A stretch of DNA of 64,000 bases. It comes from Chiloscyllium plagiosum. Its lineage: Eukaryota. The notes under the pieces are model-generated. The model was given only the letters and a program-made list of their open reading frames with translations, made no database searches and was not told the DNA's origin. The position numbers were made by a program, and so were the translations under genes. This document shows, in pieces, positions 37,290 to 50,329 of the stretch. Each line of letters opens with the position of its first letter. Within the stretch, counting starts at the first letter, position 1. The stretch covers positions 80,934,420 through 80,998,419 of the forward strand of contig NC_057711.1 in the NCBI RefSeq assembly GCF_004010195.1, written 5' to 3'.

Positions 37290-40200
37290 AGAGTCACAGA
37301 GTCAGAGAGTCATAGAGATGTACAGCATGGAAACAGACCCTTCAGTCCAACCCGTCCATGCCGATCAGATACCCCAACCCAATTTAGTCCCACCTGCCAC
37401 CTGCCCATATCCCCCCAAACCCTTCCTTTTCATATACCCATCCAAATACCTCTTAAATGTTGCAATTGTACCATCCTTCACCACTTCCTCTGCAGATCAT
37501 TCCATACATGTACCACCCTCTGTGTGAAAAAGTTGTCCCTTAGGTCTCTTTTATATCTTTCCCCTCTCACCCTAAACCTATGTCCTCTAGTTCTGGATGC
37601 CCCCATCCCAGGGAAAAGACTTTGTCTATTTATCCTATCCATGCACCTCATAATTTTGTAAACCTCTATAAGGTCACCCTTCAGCCTTAGAAGCTCCAGG
37701 GAAAACAGCCCGAGCCTGTTCCGCCGCTCCTTATAGCTCAAGTCCTCCAACCCTGGCAGCATCTTTGCAAATATTTCTGAAGCCTTTCAAGTTTCACAAC
37801 ATCTTTCTGATAGGAAGGAGACCAGAATTGCACGCAATATTCCAACAGTGGCCTAACCAATGTCCTGTACAGCCGCAACGTGACCTCCCAACTCCTTTAC
37901 TCAATACGCTGACCAATAAAAAAAACATACCAAACGCCTTCTTCACTATCCTATCTACCTGCGACTCCACTTTCAAAGAGCTATGAACCTGCATTCCAAG
38001 GTCTCTTTGTTCAGCACCGCTCCCTAGGACCTTACCATTAAGTGTATAAGTCCTGCTAAGATTTGCTTTCCCAAAATGCAGCACCTCGCATTTATCTGAA
38101 TTAAACTCCATTTGCCACTTCTCAGCCCATTGGCCCATCTGGTCCTGGAGATGTATCCATCTTTGTGCATTTCAAGACATCCAGCCCTTCCTCCTCTGTA
38201 ATATGGATATTTTGTAAGGTGTCACCATCTATTTCCCTACAATCTATATCTTCCATATCCTTTTCCACAGTAAATACTGAAGCAAAATACACATTTAGTA
38301 TATCCACCATTTTTTGTGGCTCACATAAAGGCCGCCTTGCTGATCCTTGAACGGCCCTAGTCTCTCCCTAGACACCCTTTTGTCCTTAATGTATTTGTAA
38401 AAATCCTTTGGATTCTCCTTAACCCTTTTTGCCAAGTTATCTCATGTCCCCTTTTTGCCCTCCTGATTTCCCTCTTAAGTATACTCCTACTTTCTTTATA
38501 CTCTTCTAAGGATTCACTCGATCTATCCTGTTTATACCTGACATATGTTTCCTTCTTTTTCTTAACCAAACCCTCAATTTCTGTCATCATCCAGCATTCC
38601 CTATACCTACCAGCCTTTCCTTTCACCCTAACAGGAATATACTTTCTCTGGATTCTTTTTATCTCATTTTTGAAGACTTCCCATTTTCCAGCCGTCCCTT
38701 TACCTGCAAACCTCTGCCCCCAATCAGCTTTTGAAAGTTCTTGCCTAATACCGTCAAAATTGGCCTTTCTCCAATTTAGAACTTCAACTTTTAGATCTGG
38801 TCTATCCTTTTCCATCACTATTTTAAATCTAATACAATTATGGTTGCTGGCCCCAAAGTGCTCCCCCACTGATACCTCAGTCACCTGCCCTGCCTTATTT
38901 CCCAAGAGTCGGTCAAGTTTTGCACCTTCTCTAGTAGGTACATCCACATATTAAATCAGAAAATTTTCTTGTACACACTGAACAAATTCCTCTCCATCTA
39001 AACCCTTAACACTATGGCAGTCCTAGTCTATGTTTGGAAAGTTAAAATCCCCTACCATAACCACTCTATTATTTTTACAGATAGCTGAGATCTCCTTATA
39101 AGTTTGTTTCTCAATTTCCCTCTGACTATTAGGGGGTCCATAATACGATCCCAATAAGGTGATCATCCCTTTCTTATTTCTCAGTTTCACCCAAATAACT
39201 TCCTTGGATGTATTTCCGGGAATATGCTCCCTCAGCACAGCTGTAATGCTGTCCCTTATCTAAAATGCCACTCCCCCTCCTCTCTTGCCTCCCTTTCTAT
39301 CCTTCCTGTAGCATTTGTATCCTGGAACATTAAGCTGCCCATCCCTGAGCCATGTTTCTGTAATTGCTATGATATCCCAGTCCCATGTTCCCCACCATGC
39401 CCTGCGTTTATCTACCTTCCCTGCATTGAAATAAATGCAGTTTAATTTATTAGTCCTACCTTGTCCCTGCCTGCCCTGACTGTTTGACTCGCTTCTGTTC
39501 TCAACTGTACCAGTCTCAGATTGATCTCTTTCCTCACTATCTCCCTGGGTCCCACCCCCCACACCTTACTAGTTTAAATCCTCCCGGGCAGCTCCAGCAA
39601 ATCTCCCTGCCAGTATATTAGTCCCCTTCCAATTTTAGTGCAATCCATTCTTCTTGTACAGGTCACGTCTACCCCAAATAGATTCCAATGATCCAAAAAT
39701 ATGAATCCTTCTCCCATACACCAGCTCCTCAGCCATGCATAGATCTGCTCTATCCTCCTATTCCTGCCCTCACTAGCTCATAGCACCAGGAGTAATCCAG
39801 ATATTACTACTCTCGAGGACCTCCTTTTTAAATTCCTGCCTAAGTCTCTGTAATCTCCCTTCAGAATCTCAACCTTTTCCCTTCCTATATCATTGGTTCC
39901 AATGTGAACAATGACCTCTTGCTGAACCCTCTCCCCCTTGAGAACATTCTACACCCTCTCTGAGACATCCTTGATCCTGGCACCAGGGAAGCAACACATC
40001 ATTCTGACTTTTCGCTTCTGGCCACAGAAACATCTGTTTGTACCTTTGACTGGAGAATCCCCTAACACAATTGATCTCTTGGAACCTGATGTACCCCTCG
40101 TTGCATTAGAGCCAGTCTCAATACCAGAAACTTGGCTGTTCGTGCTATGTTTCTCTGAGAATCCATCACCCCCTATATTTTCCAAAACAGCATACTTGTT

Positions 40201-40842
40201 TGAAATGACTATAGCCACAGAAGACTCCTGCATTAGCTGCCTACCTCTCTTACCTTTCCTGGAGGTAACTCATCTATGTGACTCTATCTGAGACTTTCCC
40301 TCCTTCCTATAACTGCCATCCATCGCATACTGGTGCTGTTGCAAATTCCTCATTGCTTCTAACTGTCTCTCCATTTGATCTGATAAGATTCACAACCAAC
40401 AGCATTTATTGTAGATATAATCCACATTAACCCTTATACTCTCTTTAAACTCTCACATCTGATAAGAAGCACATATCATTCTACTACAGGCCATTTTTGC
40501 TCATTCACAATCTACAGACCCAGAAAATAACACTATCTTATTTCTCTACAAAACACTGCCCCAGGTTAGGTTAACAGTTATGGCTTATATTTAAGTTTAA
40601 TCAAGAACCATATCTCAAAAAACATATAATCAAGAAATAACCCACTCCGCTCACTACTGCAGCCTTTCTGTAGGCCGCTTAAAACAACTAACTTATCTGA
40701 TTCTGTGTTGTGAACTTGGCCCAAACAGTTCCTCCAAGATTAGTTGTGAATTTCACTGTTTGTTAATTTTCCCAGCACTCCAATATCCAGCGATACATGA
40801 ATTCAAACAGCAAAGGCAGTAACTGTGCAAGTTCACTGTGGT
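37290..40842 (-). mobile_element. Near full-length CR1 (5' UTR, ORF1, ORF2) with internal RT deletion
   Basis: ORF1 from ATG ~40494 with SNKYAVL and esterase-type IVLGDS..CFPGARIKDV; ORF2 CIYFNA, DIIAITETW, GDFNFPNID; 3' tail. Confidence 0.95.
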
Positions 40843-40847
40843 TCTGG

Positions 40848-41404
40848 GTAATCCAAGATGGAGAATGGGAAAAATTTCTGGCTGCAACAGCTACTCCTTT
40901 TTTGAGGTATTTTAGGTGTTGGAGGTGATTTCCTTGAATTCCAGGAGCAGCAGTTACTGTTTCATATGCTGTTGCATTGTTTTGGAACTTCGGGAAAAAA
41001 TAGTCAAAACAACAGCAGTTTTAAAAGGGAGAAGAGCAGACAATGGAAACACATGGTAAGGTCAGTGCAGGAGAGAGACTGATACCACAGTGAACCTGCA
41101 CAGTTTTAGATTAGATTACTTACAGTGTGGAAACATGCCCTTCGGCCCAACAAGTCCAACCGACCCTCCAAAGAGCAAACCACCCAGACCCATTCCCCTA
41201 CACCTAACACGACTGGCAATTTAGCATGGCCAATTCACCTAGCCTGCACATTTTTGGACTATGGGAGGAAACCCACGCAGACACAGGGAGAATGTGCAAA
41301 CTCCGCACAGACAGTTGCCTGAGGTAGGATTTGAACCCGGGTCTCTGGCACTGCTAGCCACTGTGCCACCGTGCCATTGCTGTCTGAATTCATGTATCGC
41401 TGGA
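40848..41404 (+). mobile_element. Inverted 5' UTR segment of the adjacent CR1 (contains HE1)
   Basis: 41084-41105 plus 41373-41404 is the reverse complement of 40786-40842; segment begins tccaagatgg. Confidence 0.75.
41106..41375 (-). mobile_element. HE1 SINE
   Basis: Reverse HE1 with (ttaga)n tail. Confidence 0.95.
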
Positions 41405-42230
41405 CAAGTACTTTCTTATTCTTTTCCAGGTCGGTTGAGCCCTCACAGCCTTGATTTAGATTTTTGCCATAGAGACACAATCTCTGCTTCACTATCATAT
41501 TGATGCCACCTTATGAAACTCTCATCCCTTATATTACTTAACCATGACAGACATTACTCCTGGGAGTCCATGATAATCCTGCAGTAACTATGTGGTACTG
41601 CTGAACACAAGACTCACTGCTGGTCTTGTCTCTGTCTGATTGCTCTGTGGTTCACTGTGTCTTCCTGAAAATAGGCAATTTAGTTCTCCAGAGGCAAATG
41701 GAAATCCCCACTCAACTCTCAAACTGCTGGGCAGGCCACCCTAGTTTCCCTTTCAGGAAAGCATCCATTTTTCCAATCTGCTGTGAATTCGGATGATTGA
41801 ACCAGTGGCAGTTTGAAGCCCTTAAGTGGTAATTCAGTGTTCACTTAAGCAACTTAATTATTGGCAGATCAGGAAGATTTTCCCAAAGTGCTTCCTGCAC
41901 AGAATTTGATTGCTGAGGAAGCAATGGTACCAGCCCATTATTTACCGTTCCCAATACCTGCACTGCCATTTCTGAGGAGGAAGAAATCCTACCTGTGCTT
42001 AGAACTCTACATAGCAGGTACTTCTGAAACAATCATACCAATCTCCGTAAGACGTTAGAATTAATTTTACTTAACTGGGTTACATTTCTGGTCATAGGAA
42101 CAATCCTGTCTGTTCACTGCTTGAATGTGATGCAATCATCAAAAATAAGGAAGAAGTCAGGAAAGGTCTAGAACTCTCTCTAACAGCATTGCAGGTGTAT
42201 CTACACCACATACATTGAAATGGTTCTCAC

Positions 42231-42947
42231 TGTTGGATCTCCTATTTTCCAATGAGAATCTGAGTCTGGTGGTAGATTCAGGTACGATTATATTTTGGTG
42301 CAACTTCATTACAGCTTCAGATGTTTTTACAGTAAGGGACACTAAAACTTCAGATTGTATATAGCTCAAACCTAGATTCTCTACCCGCCAACCACCCCCC
42401 CACCTTGATTCTATTGGTCAACGGCACGCAGATGTCCCTCTGTAATTGGCTGTCTATTTCCAGTTAAGATTACTGAATGACAAAGAGATGGACAGCCTAG
42501 TGGTCCACCCACCATTATGATATTTTCACAGACTTTAATGATAAGGTGGGGGGTGGTGGTGGCACTTCTACTGCCTGAAACTGGTTTGAATTTTTTCTTT
42601 TGGTGACTTTTTGTGTACATGTGGACCTACATCTACTATGGAATCTACATCTATGATTATCTGAAGAATCTTAACCAAAACTTACACTTAATATTACAAA
42701 ATATTGATAAATAATTCAAGAGAAATAGCTACTTAATATAAAATATTCTTGTCTATGTAAGCAACAGAATGACTTTGATTAAACAGTCCTGCTATTGTTC
42801 AACTTAGTGAGACCACATTAAGAAATTACTTTGCCAAGGCTCTTTATCTACTGTCAGCCATCTTCTGCTGCACTCCGTCAGCCATTTGTTGTTCCATTAT
42901 GGGCAGCCATTGGTCATTTTGCTACTTAATTATGGACAGCCCTAAGA
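42231..42947 (-). repeat. ERV 3' LTR (717 bp)
   Basis: Homologous to 47921-48712; preceded on the minus strand by PPT aaatcaaaaaggggat. Confidence 0.9.
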
Positions 42948-43036
42948 ATCCCCTTTTTGATTTCCTCCTTACGCAAATCACAAAGCACACAAGTGTATAG
43001 TTACACATACGAAACAGGTTATCTATGCAAGAATGA

Positions 43037-44245
43037 TTACTTCATGGGTTGATTGTCTTTCAGGAGCCTAACCTGCGGGGCTGCAACAGATGCAACCAGT
43101 GGGCAATAGCATTTGATTAACAAAAACAAACAATACAAAATGGGAATTACTACAGTGAATAACATTATGCCCTGCACCAGGGAGGTTCCCAAGGTTCGCA
43201 ACTAGCCCATTTCCCAACTCCACAGAGTGGAGAATGGGGGTTGTTTTAGTTTATTCATTTCTTTCCTAGCGTGCACTGCCAGGTCAGTGATTCCCTCAGC
43301 ATTGCCAGGGATGTAAGTATAACAGTCTGCTCGGATCAGAGCGCAAATACCTCCTTTCTCTGTTAATGTCAAATCAAGGGCTATCCTGTTCTGCAAAGCT
43401 GTTTTCCGAATGAGTACCATTTCAGTGTTAATCTTATGTAAAGCTTGGGTTGTATCATTGACTACCTGTTCTAGGATAGCTGCCAAGCTGATGGATTGCC
43501 TTGCCAGCTTTGCATTTCCATACCAGGGATGTAAGATGGCAAAGAATCTTTCAGTTTGCATGATGGCTCTCTTAAACCTTTGTCTGTGGTGAATTTTGGA
43601 TATGGAGAATGTCTGACAGATCAAGGGGAGGACAGAATTCAAGTAACATGATCTGGTCCATGATGGGGGTAATGAGATGCTGGCCTTATGGATGCACACA
43701 AAGTAAGTGCCGTGGTAATGAGTCACCCTCGCTCTTATCTCGTGAGATCACCTTTGCTGGAAAGTATGTTTGCTGGCAAGGTTTTGGAATGTTAGGAGGG
43801 TGCAATCAGCACCTGGGTTACACCCCATATTGGGAAAACTTGCTGTATCCCATCTCCTGCTTTCCTGTCCATGTTCTACATAGACATATCCCTCCTGCTG
43901 GTCTTCCAATTCCAGAAGTGTTAGCCAGGGTTATGAATGGGGGTTGTTGAGAGGTGTTGGAACTCGGCTGATACCACCTCGAGAGGCAGCCAGGTTGTAA
44001 CCTGCTGACACCCAGTGCTCTCAGGGATCCGCCTCGTGCACCTGACACACCCCTGTCCATGCCGAGGACTGCCTTGCCAATTGTGCCGGATTTTCTGAGG
44101 AGACGTTCTGGTGAATTACCCATTCTGTCATTTTGGATGCATTAAAAGGATGGGTCTTAAGGGGATACCCTCTTTCAAGTGGGTGTGAATGTGGTAGCAT
44201 ACCCAGCAGCTGAAAACATTAGCTCATTTGTTTGAAATTTGGTGT
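43037..44245 (-). pseudogene. env: Retroviral env (class I, gamma/epsilon-type), disrupted
   Basis: SU CWVC (44197-44208), furin site RFKR, ISD LQNRIALDL, GGIC-ALIRAD-CY (CX6CC variant); premature TAG at 43202-43204 precedes an in-frame hydrophobic TM helix and the TAA at 43037. Confidence 0.9.
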
Positions 44246-46618
44246 AAAACTTGATCTACTCTTGGGAAATAAGGCAGGGCAAGTGACTGAGGTGTCAGCT
44301 GGGGAGCACTTTGGGACCAGCGACCATAATTCGATTAGTTTTAAAATAATGATGGAAAAGGATAGACCAGATCGAACAGTTGAAGTTTGAAACATGGAGG
44401 AAAGCTAATTTTGATGGTATTAGGCAAGAACGTTCAAAAGCTGATTGGGTGCAGATGTTTGCAAGTAAAGGGATGGCTGGAAATTGGGAAGCCTTCAGAA
44501 ATGAGATAACGAGAGTCCAGAGACAGTATATTCCTGTTAGGGTGAAAGGAAAGGCTGCTAGGTGTAGGGAATGCTGGATGACTGGAGAAATTGAGGTTTT
44601 GAAGCATATGTCAGGTTTAGACAGGATAGATTGAGTGAATCCTTAGAAGAGTATAAAGGCAGTAGGAATATACTTAAGAGAGCAATCAGGAAGGCAAAAA
44701 GGGGACCTGAGATAGTTTTGGCAATTAGGGTTAAGGAGGATCCAAATGGTTTTTACAAATACATTAAGGACAAAAGGGTAACTAGGGAGCAAATAGGGCC
44801 CCTCAAAGGCAGCCTTTGTGTGGAGCTGCAAGAGATGGGGGTGATACTAAACAAGTATTTTGCATCAGCCTTGACTGTGGAAAAGGGCATTGAAGATATA
44901 GAATGTAGGGAAATAGATGGTGACATCCTATTACACAGGAGGAAGTGCTGGATGTCTCAAAACGCATAAAGGTAGATAAATGCCCAGGACCTGATCAGGT
45001 GAACCCTAGAACTCTGTGGGAAGCTAGGGAAGTGATTACTGGTCCCTTGCTGAGATATTTGTATCATTTATAGTCACAGGTGAGATGCCAGAAGACTGGA
45101 GATTGGCTAACGTGGTGCCATTATGTCAGAAAGGTGGTAAAGACAAGCCAGGGTACTATAGACCGGTGAGCATGACGTTGGTGATGGGCAAGCTGTTGGA
45201 GGGAAGCCTGAGGGACAGGATTTACACGTATTTGGAAAGGTAAGAATTGATTAGGGATCGTCAACATGGCTTTGTGCATGTGAAATCATGTCTCATGAGC
45301 TTGATTGAGTTTTTTGAAAAAAGTAACAAAGAAGATTGATGAGGGCAGAGCGGTGGACATGATCTATATGGACTTCAATAAGGTGTTCGACAAGGTTCCC
45401 CATGGGAGACTGATTAGTAAGGTTAGATCTCATGGAATATAGTGAGAACTAGCCATTTGGATACAAAACTGACTTGAAGGTAGAAGACAGTGGGTGGTGA
45501 TGGAACATTGTTTTCCACCCTGGATGCCTGTGACCACTGTAGTGCCACAAGAATTGGTGCTGGTCCACTACTTTTCGTCATTTATATAAATGAGTTTAAT
45601 ATGAACATAGGAGGTATAGTTAGTAAGTTTGCAGATGGCACCCCAATTGGAGATGTAGTGGACAGCATAGAAGATTACCTCAGATTACAATGGGAACTTC
45701 ATCAGATGGGCCAATGGGCTGAGGAATGGCAGATGGAGTTTGATTTAGCTAAATGTGAGGCGCTGCATTTGGGAAAGCAAATCAGAGCAGGACTGAAACA
45801 CTTAATGATAAGATCCTATAGAGTGTTGCTGAACAAAGAGACCTTGGAGACCAGGTTCATAGCTGCTTGAAAGTCAGGTCGCAGGTAGATAGGATAGTGA
45901 GGAAGGCATTTGGTATGCTTTCCTTTATTGGTCAGAGTATTGAGTACAGGAGTTGGGAGTTCATGTTGCAGCTGCTTAGGACCTTAGTTCGACCACTTTT
46001 GGAATATTGCGTTCAATTCTATCTCCTTCCTATCAGAAGGAGGGTGCGAAAGTTGAAAGGGTTCAGAAAAAATTCATAAGAATGTTGCCAAGGTTGGAGG
46101 GTTTGAGCTATAGGGAGAGGTTGAATAGGCTGGGGCTGTTTTCCCTGGAGTAACCTTAGAGACGTTTATAAAATCATGAGGGGCATTGATAGGATAGGGT
46201 TTGAGCTATAGGGAGAGGTTGAATAGGCTGGGGCTGTTTTCCCTGGAGTGTCGAAGGCTGAGGGGTAACCTTAGAGACGTTTATAAAATCATGAGGGGCA
46301 TTGATAGGATAAATAGATAAAGTCTTTTCCCTGGGGTGGAAGAGTCCAGAACTAAAGGGCATAGGTTTAGGGTGAGAGGGGAAAGATTTAAAAGGGACCT
46401 AAGGGGCAACATTTTCATGCAGAGGGTGGTGTGTGTATGGAATGAGCTGCCAGAGGAAGTGGTGGAGGCTGGTACAATTGCAACATTTAAAAGGCATCTG
46501 GATGGGTCTATGAATAGGAAGGGTTAAGAGGGATATGGGCCAAGTGTTGGCAAATGGGACTAGATTAGGTTGGATGTCTGGTTGGCATGGACGGGTTGAA
46601 TCGAATAGTCTGTTTTCA
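44246..46618 (+). mobile_element. CR1 LINE (5'-truncated, ~2.4 kb) inserted in the ERV
   Basis: ORF2 fragments [40 protein letters not shown]. Confidence 0.95.
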
Positions 46619-47548
46619 TTCCCTGGAGCTCGGGATCTGGGAATGCTTTGAGTTTAGTTTGCATTTTGGGAATCTTTGGTGATTTAAAACTGTGGTGTGC
46701 ATCTGCATCAGTGTGTAACATGTATGGTTAACGTTGTGCCCTTTTAAGGAACTATCAGTGGTTGTGTAAAGCAAAAATTTGCGACAAAATGTTAATTAAA
46801 AAATTTGGTTCGTAAAGCTTGGTAAAAATTTACCTCTTGGAATTGGCTCCGTCCTGTGTTGGACTGAGGAAAGAGTCCTGGGTAAATTTTAATTTCAGAA
46901 ATGATGATGTTTGGAATTTCAATTTCTGGACAGAGTGAACTTCCAAATATTGTTTAACACTTGAGTGAATCTTTATTTCCGGATGATAAGATTTGCTCAT
47001 TATAAATGTGTTTTGGTGTGAAAATATCTAAGTAATAGGAAAACTGGAATTTTGGAAATGTAATTTTCTTTGAGCAAAGAGATTTTTAAAAAAAGGAGAA
47101 TCTAACAAAGGAGGTAGGCTTTTCTTTTGTTAATTATAATACGCTTATTTCATTACAGAAAGGAAGAGATGGTTGACATAATTACATCCAGCAGTAATTC
47201 TCATTTTATTAATTAACCCATTCTGTCTGAAGTGTAATGGATGGATGCTTTTTTTTCCCCAGACACTAAAAGTTTGACTACAAACTCCTGAACCTGTCTG
47301 CAGACTTTCAAACATTACAACACAGTGATGGATGAGGCATCCTCAACCCAGCAAGCCATTCGATCACAACACATTTCAGCATCAGGGAAGTACAGTGAAA
47401 ATATTTAATGTATTGCGTATCAGGAATTTCAATGCATAAAGCATTGTTAGCGACTTTAATGAAGTAAACAAAATTTTGAGTTTGGGCAAGTTTACATAAA
47501 GATACATCAAATATCTAAAACGAGTTATCAAGTAACTTTTAAAAAAAC

Positions 47549-47865
47549 GTGGATCATCCTGATCAGGTGTACCCTACAACTCTGTGGGAAGCTAGAGAAG
47601 TGATTGCTGGGCCTCTTGCTGAGATATTTGTATCATCGATAGTCACAGGTGAGGTGCTGGAAGACTGGAGGTTGGCTAACATGGCGCCACTCTTTATGAA
47701 GGGTAGTAAGGACAAGCCAGGGAACTATAGACCAGTGAGCCTTACGTTGGTGGTGGGCAAGTTGTTGGAGGGAATCCTGAGTGACAAGATGTACATGTAT
47801 TTGGAAAGGTAAGGATTGATTAGGGATAGTCAACATAGCTCTGTGCATGGGAAATCATGTCTCAT
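47549..47865 (+). mobile_element. Internal CR1 RT fragment without tail
   Basis: PDQVYPTTLWEARE..EDWRLAN..PGNYRPVSLT. Confidence 0.9.
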
Positions 47866-47899
47866 TTTGTCTGAGATGTAACCCTTTATTCCTCCAGCG

Positions 47900-47917
47900 A
47901 TCCTGCTCACAGTGCCA
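47900..47917 (-). promoter_or_regulatory. ERV primer-binding site complementary to tRNA-Ser(CGA)
   Basis: TGGCACTGTGAGCAGGAT, 3 nt after the LTR-terminal CA; 17/18 match to the vertebrate tRNA-Ser(CGA) 3' end ATCCTGCTCACAGCGCCA (recalled, not searched). Confidence 0.85.
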
Positions 47918-47920
47918 AAT

Positions 47921-48712
47921 TGTTAGATCTCCTATTTTCCAATAAGAGCCTGAGTCCGGTGGTAGATTCAGGTACAATTTCATTTTGGTGCAACTTCTTA
48001 TAGCTTCAGATTTTTTTCACAGTAATGCACACAAAAACTTAGAATGTTCACGCCATAGCACACACCCCCCCCCCCAACCCCCCCCAACCCACTTTGATGC
48101 CATTGGTCAGGAATGTTAAGATGTCCCTCGAAAATTGATTCTTTCATGCAGCATCTTACACAGTTCACAGCAATTTCATTGTATTTCCAGTTAAGATTAC
48201 TGAATGACAAAGAGATGGACAGCCTAGTGGTCCACCCACTGTCATGATCTTCACTGTCTGTGGAGGGGGGGAGGTGGTGGTGTGTGGTTGTGTGGTGGTT
48301 AGCACTTCTACTGCCTGAAACTGGTTTGAATCGTTTCTTTTGGTGACTTTTGTGTATATGTGGATCTATAGCTGCTATAGAGTCTATATCTATGATTATC
48401 TGAAGAATATTAACCAAAACCTACACTTATTATTGTAAAGTATTGATTAAATAATTCAGGAGAAACAATCACTTAGTGTAAAATTCTCCTGTCTATGTAA
48501 GCAATTGCAGCTGCACATTCTATCACAGCCAGTGACCTTGAATAAACAGTCCTGCTTTTGTTCGACTTGCTGAGACCACATTAAGAAAATATTTTCTCAA
48601 AGCGCTCTATCTACCATTAGCTATGTTCTGCTGCATTCTATCGGCCATTTTCTGTTAAGTTATGGACAGCCATCGGTCATTTTGTACTACTTAATGATGG
48701 GTATCCCTAACA
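47921..48712 (-). repeat. ERV 5' LTR (792 bp)
   Basis: Minus strand starts TGTTAGGG and ends ..CTAACA. Confidence 0.9.
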
Positions 48713-49024
48713 CTCACTATCAGCTTCTGAAGACCAATTAAGGATAGCCAATATATGCTAGCCGAGCCTTTCATGACTACATCCTACAAATGAATTGAAG
48801 AAAAAGGGATGACTTTAACAGGTCTGCAGTCAACACAGATCATGGTAAACTTGTCCCACCTCCTATACTGTCTGAATTCCAGTGGAAAATCACAAACAAT
48901 GCATTCACTGATACTCTGACAATCAATAGCCTTGATGTTCTCTCACTCTGTATGACTGTCCCTAAATCTGGACATTCATTATCAGCCATCCACCATGATT
49001 TTGAACTGTTCACAAATCAATCTC

Positions 49025-50230
49025 AATTAGGAGCAGAAGTAGACTATTGGTCCTTTGAACCAGTTTTGCCACTTACTAAAATTATAGAGGGCTTGATTGT
49101 GGCCTCAGCTCCACTTTCCTTCCTGCCCCTGGTAACCTTTGACTCCCTTACTAGTCAAGAATCTCTCTAATTTTGCCTAAAAAAAGTTCAAAGACTCTGC
49201 TTCCAGCACTCTGTGGGAAAAGGAATTCCACAGACTTGTGATACTCTGAGATAAAATATTTCTCTACATCACTACCTTAAGTGGGAGAAACCTTTTTTAA
49301 AATTATGCCTTAGTTCTAATCTCTTACACAAGGAGAAACGTTTCAGTGTATCCTCCCAATTTCTTTAAGAATTGAATAAGTTTCAAATATATGTATAAAC
49401 TTTCATTTCTAAACTTCATTGGATACAGGTCTAACCTTTCCTCACAAGATATGTCCCTTTTCACAAGAATTAGTCCAGTGAACCTTCTCTGGGCTTCTTG
49501 CAATACAGTTACTTCATTTTAAAAATAAGATGAACAGAACTGCATTCAGTACTCACCAATACCTGCACAACTGTATCAAAACCTCCCTATTTATTTATGT
49601 ATTCTATCCCCCTTTCAATAAACAACAAGATTCCAATTCCCTTTTAATTTTTTGATGTACCCAGAAACTTTTGTGAACTAGGACACCCAAACTCTTCCAC
49701 AGTTCTAAAATCTCTCTCCATTTAAATAATAGTTTTTTTTTCTATTCCATTTTCTTCCTGCCTAACTGGACAAGTTCATATTTTCCCACATTATGCTCCA
49801 TCTGCCAACTTCATGCCCATTCATTAACCTATCTATATCCCTTTGTAGACTCCTATATCCTCTTCAAAAGTTACTTCCTTTGTCAACTAAAAGGTTTAGC
49901 TACAATGACTTTGGTCCTTTCATTCAAGTCATTGACATACATCATAAATAATTAACGTTCCAGTCTCATCCCGTGGCACTTTATATCATGCACAATTCTC
50001 CTCTCTCAAAACTATTTTGACTCAGCTTGATTGCGTTGCAATTTTTTAAGTGGCCTGGGTACAACCTCCTTAATAATTGGTCTCTTCCCATATGACAAGC
50101 TAACTGGCCTGTAGTTTCCTGCTTTCAGTCTCCTTCCTTTATTGCATAGAGAAGTCACATTCACTATTTTCCAATCCAATGGAACCATTCCAAAATCGAG
50201 GCAATTTTGGAAAATTATAACTGTCCATTC
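49025..50230 (-). mobile_element. Old CR1 fragment with deletions
   Basis: CR1 3' UTR aggagcagaagtag; ggaattccacagact; catctgccaa..gcccattca. Confidence 0.8.
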
Positions 50231-50329
50231 ACTTTAACTTTTGGTTGTTGCTGCAGACTTGAGTGCATCACTTTTAAATCCCAGAATACTGAATAGAGTT
50301 CTGTTCATCTTATTTAAGTAATGAGATAA

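Larger units (their letters stand above)
42231..48712 (-). mobile_element. Endogenous retrovirus provirus (LTR-PBS-unknown-env-PPT-LTR) with two CR1 insertions
   Basis: Direct-repeat LTRs, 5-bp TSD CTCAC (42226-42230, 48713-48717), PBS, PPT and env. Confidence 0.92.
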
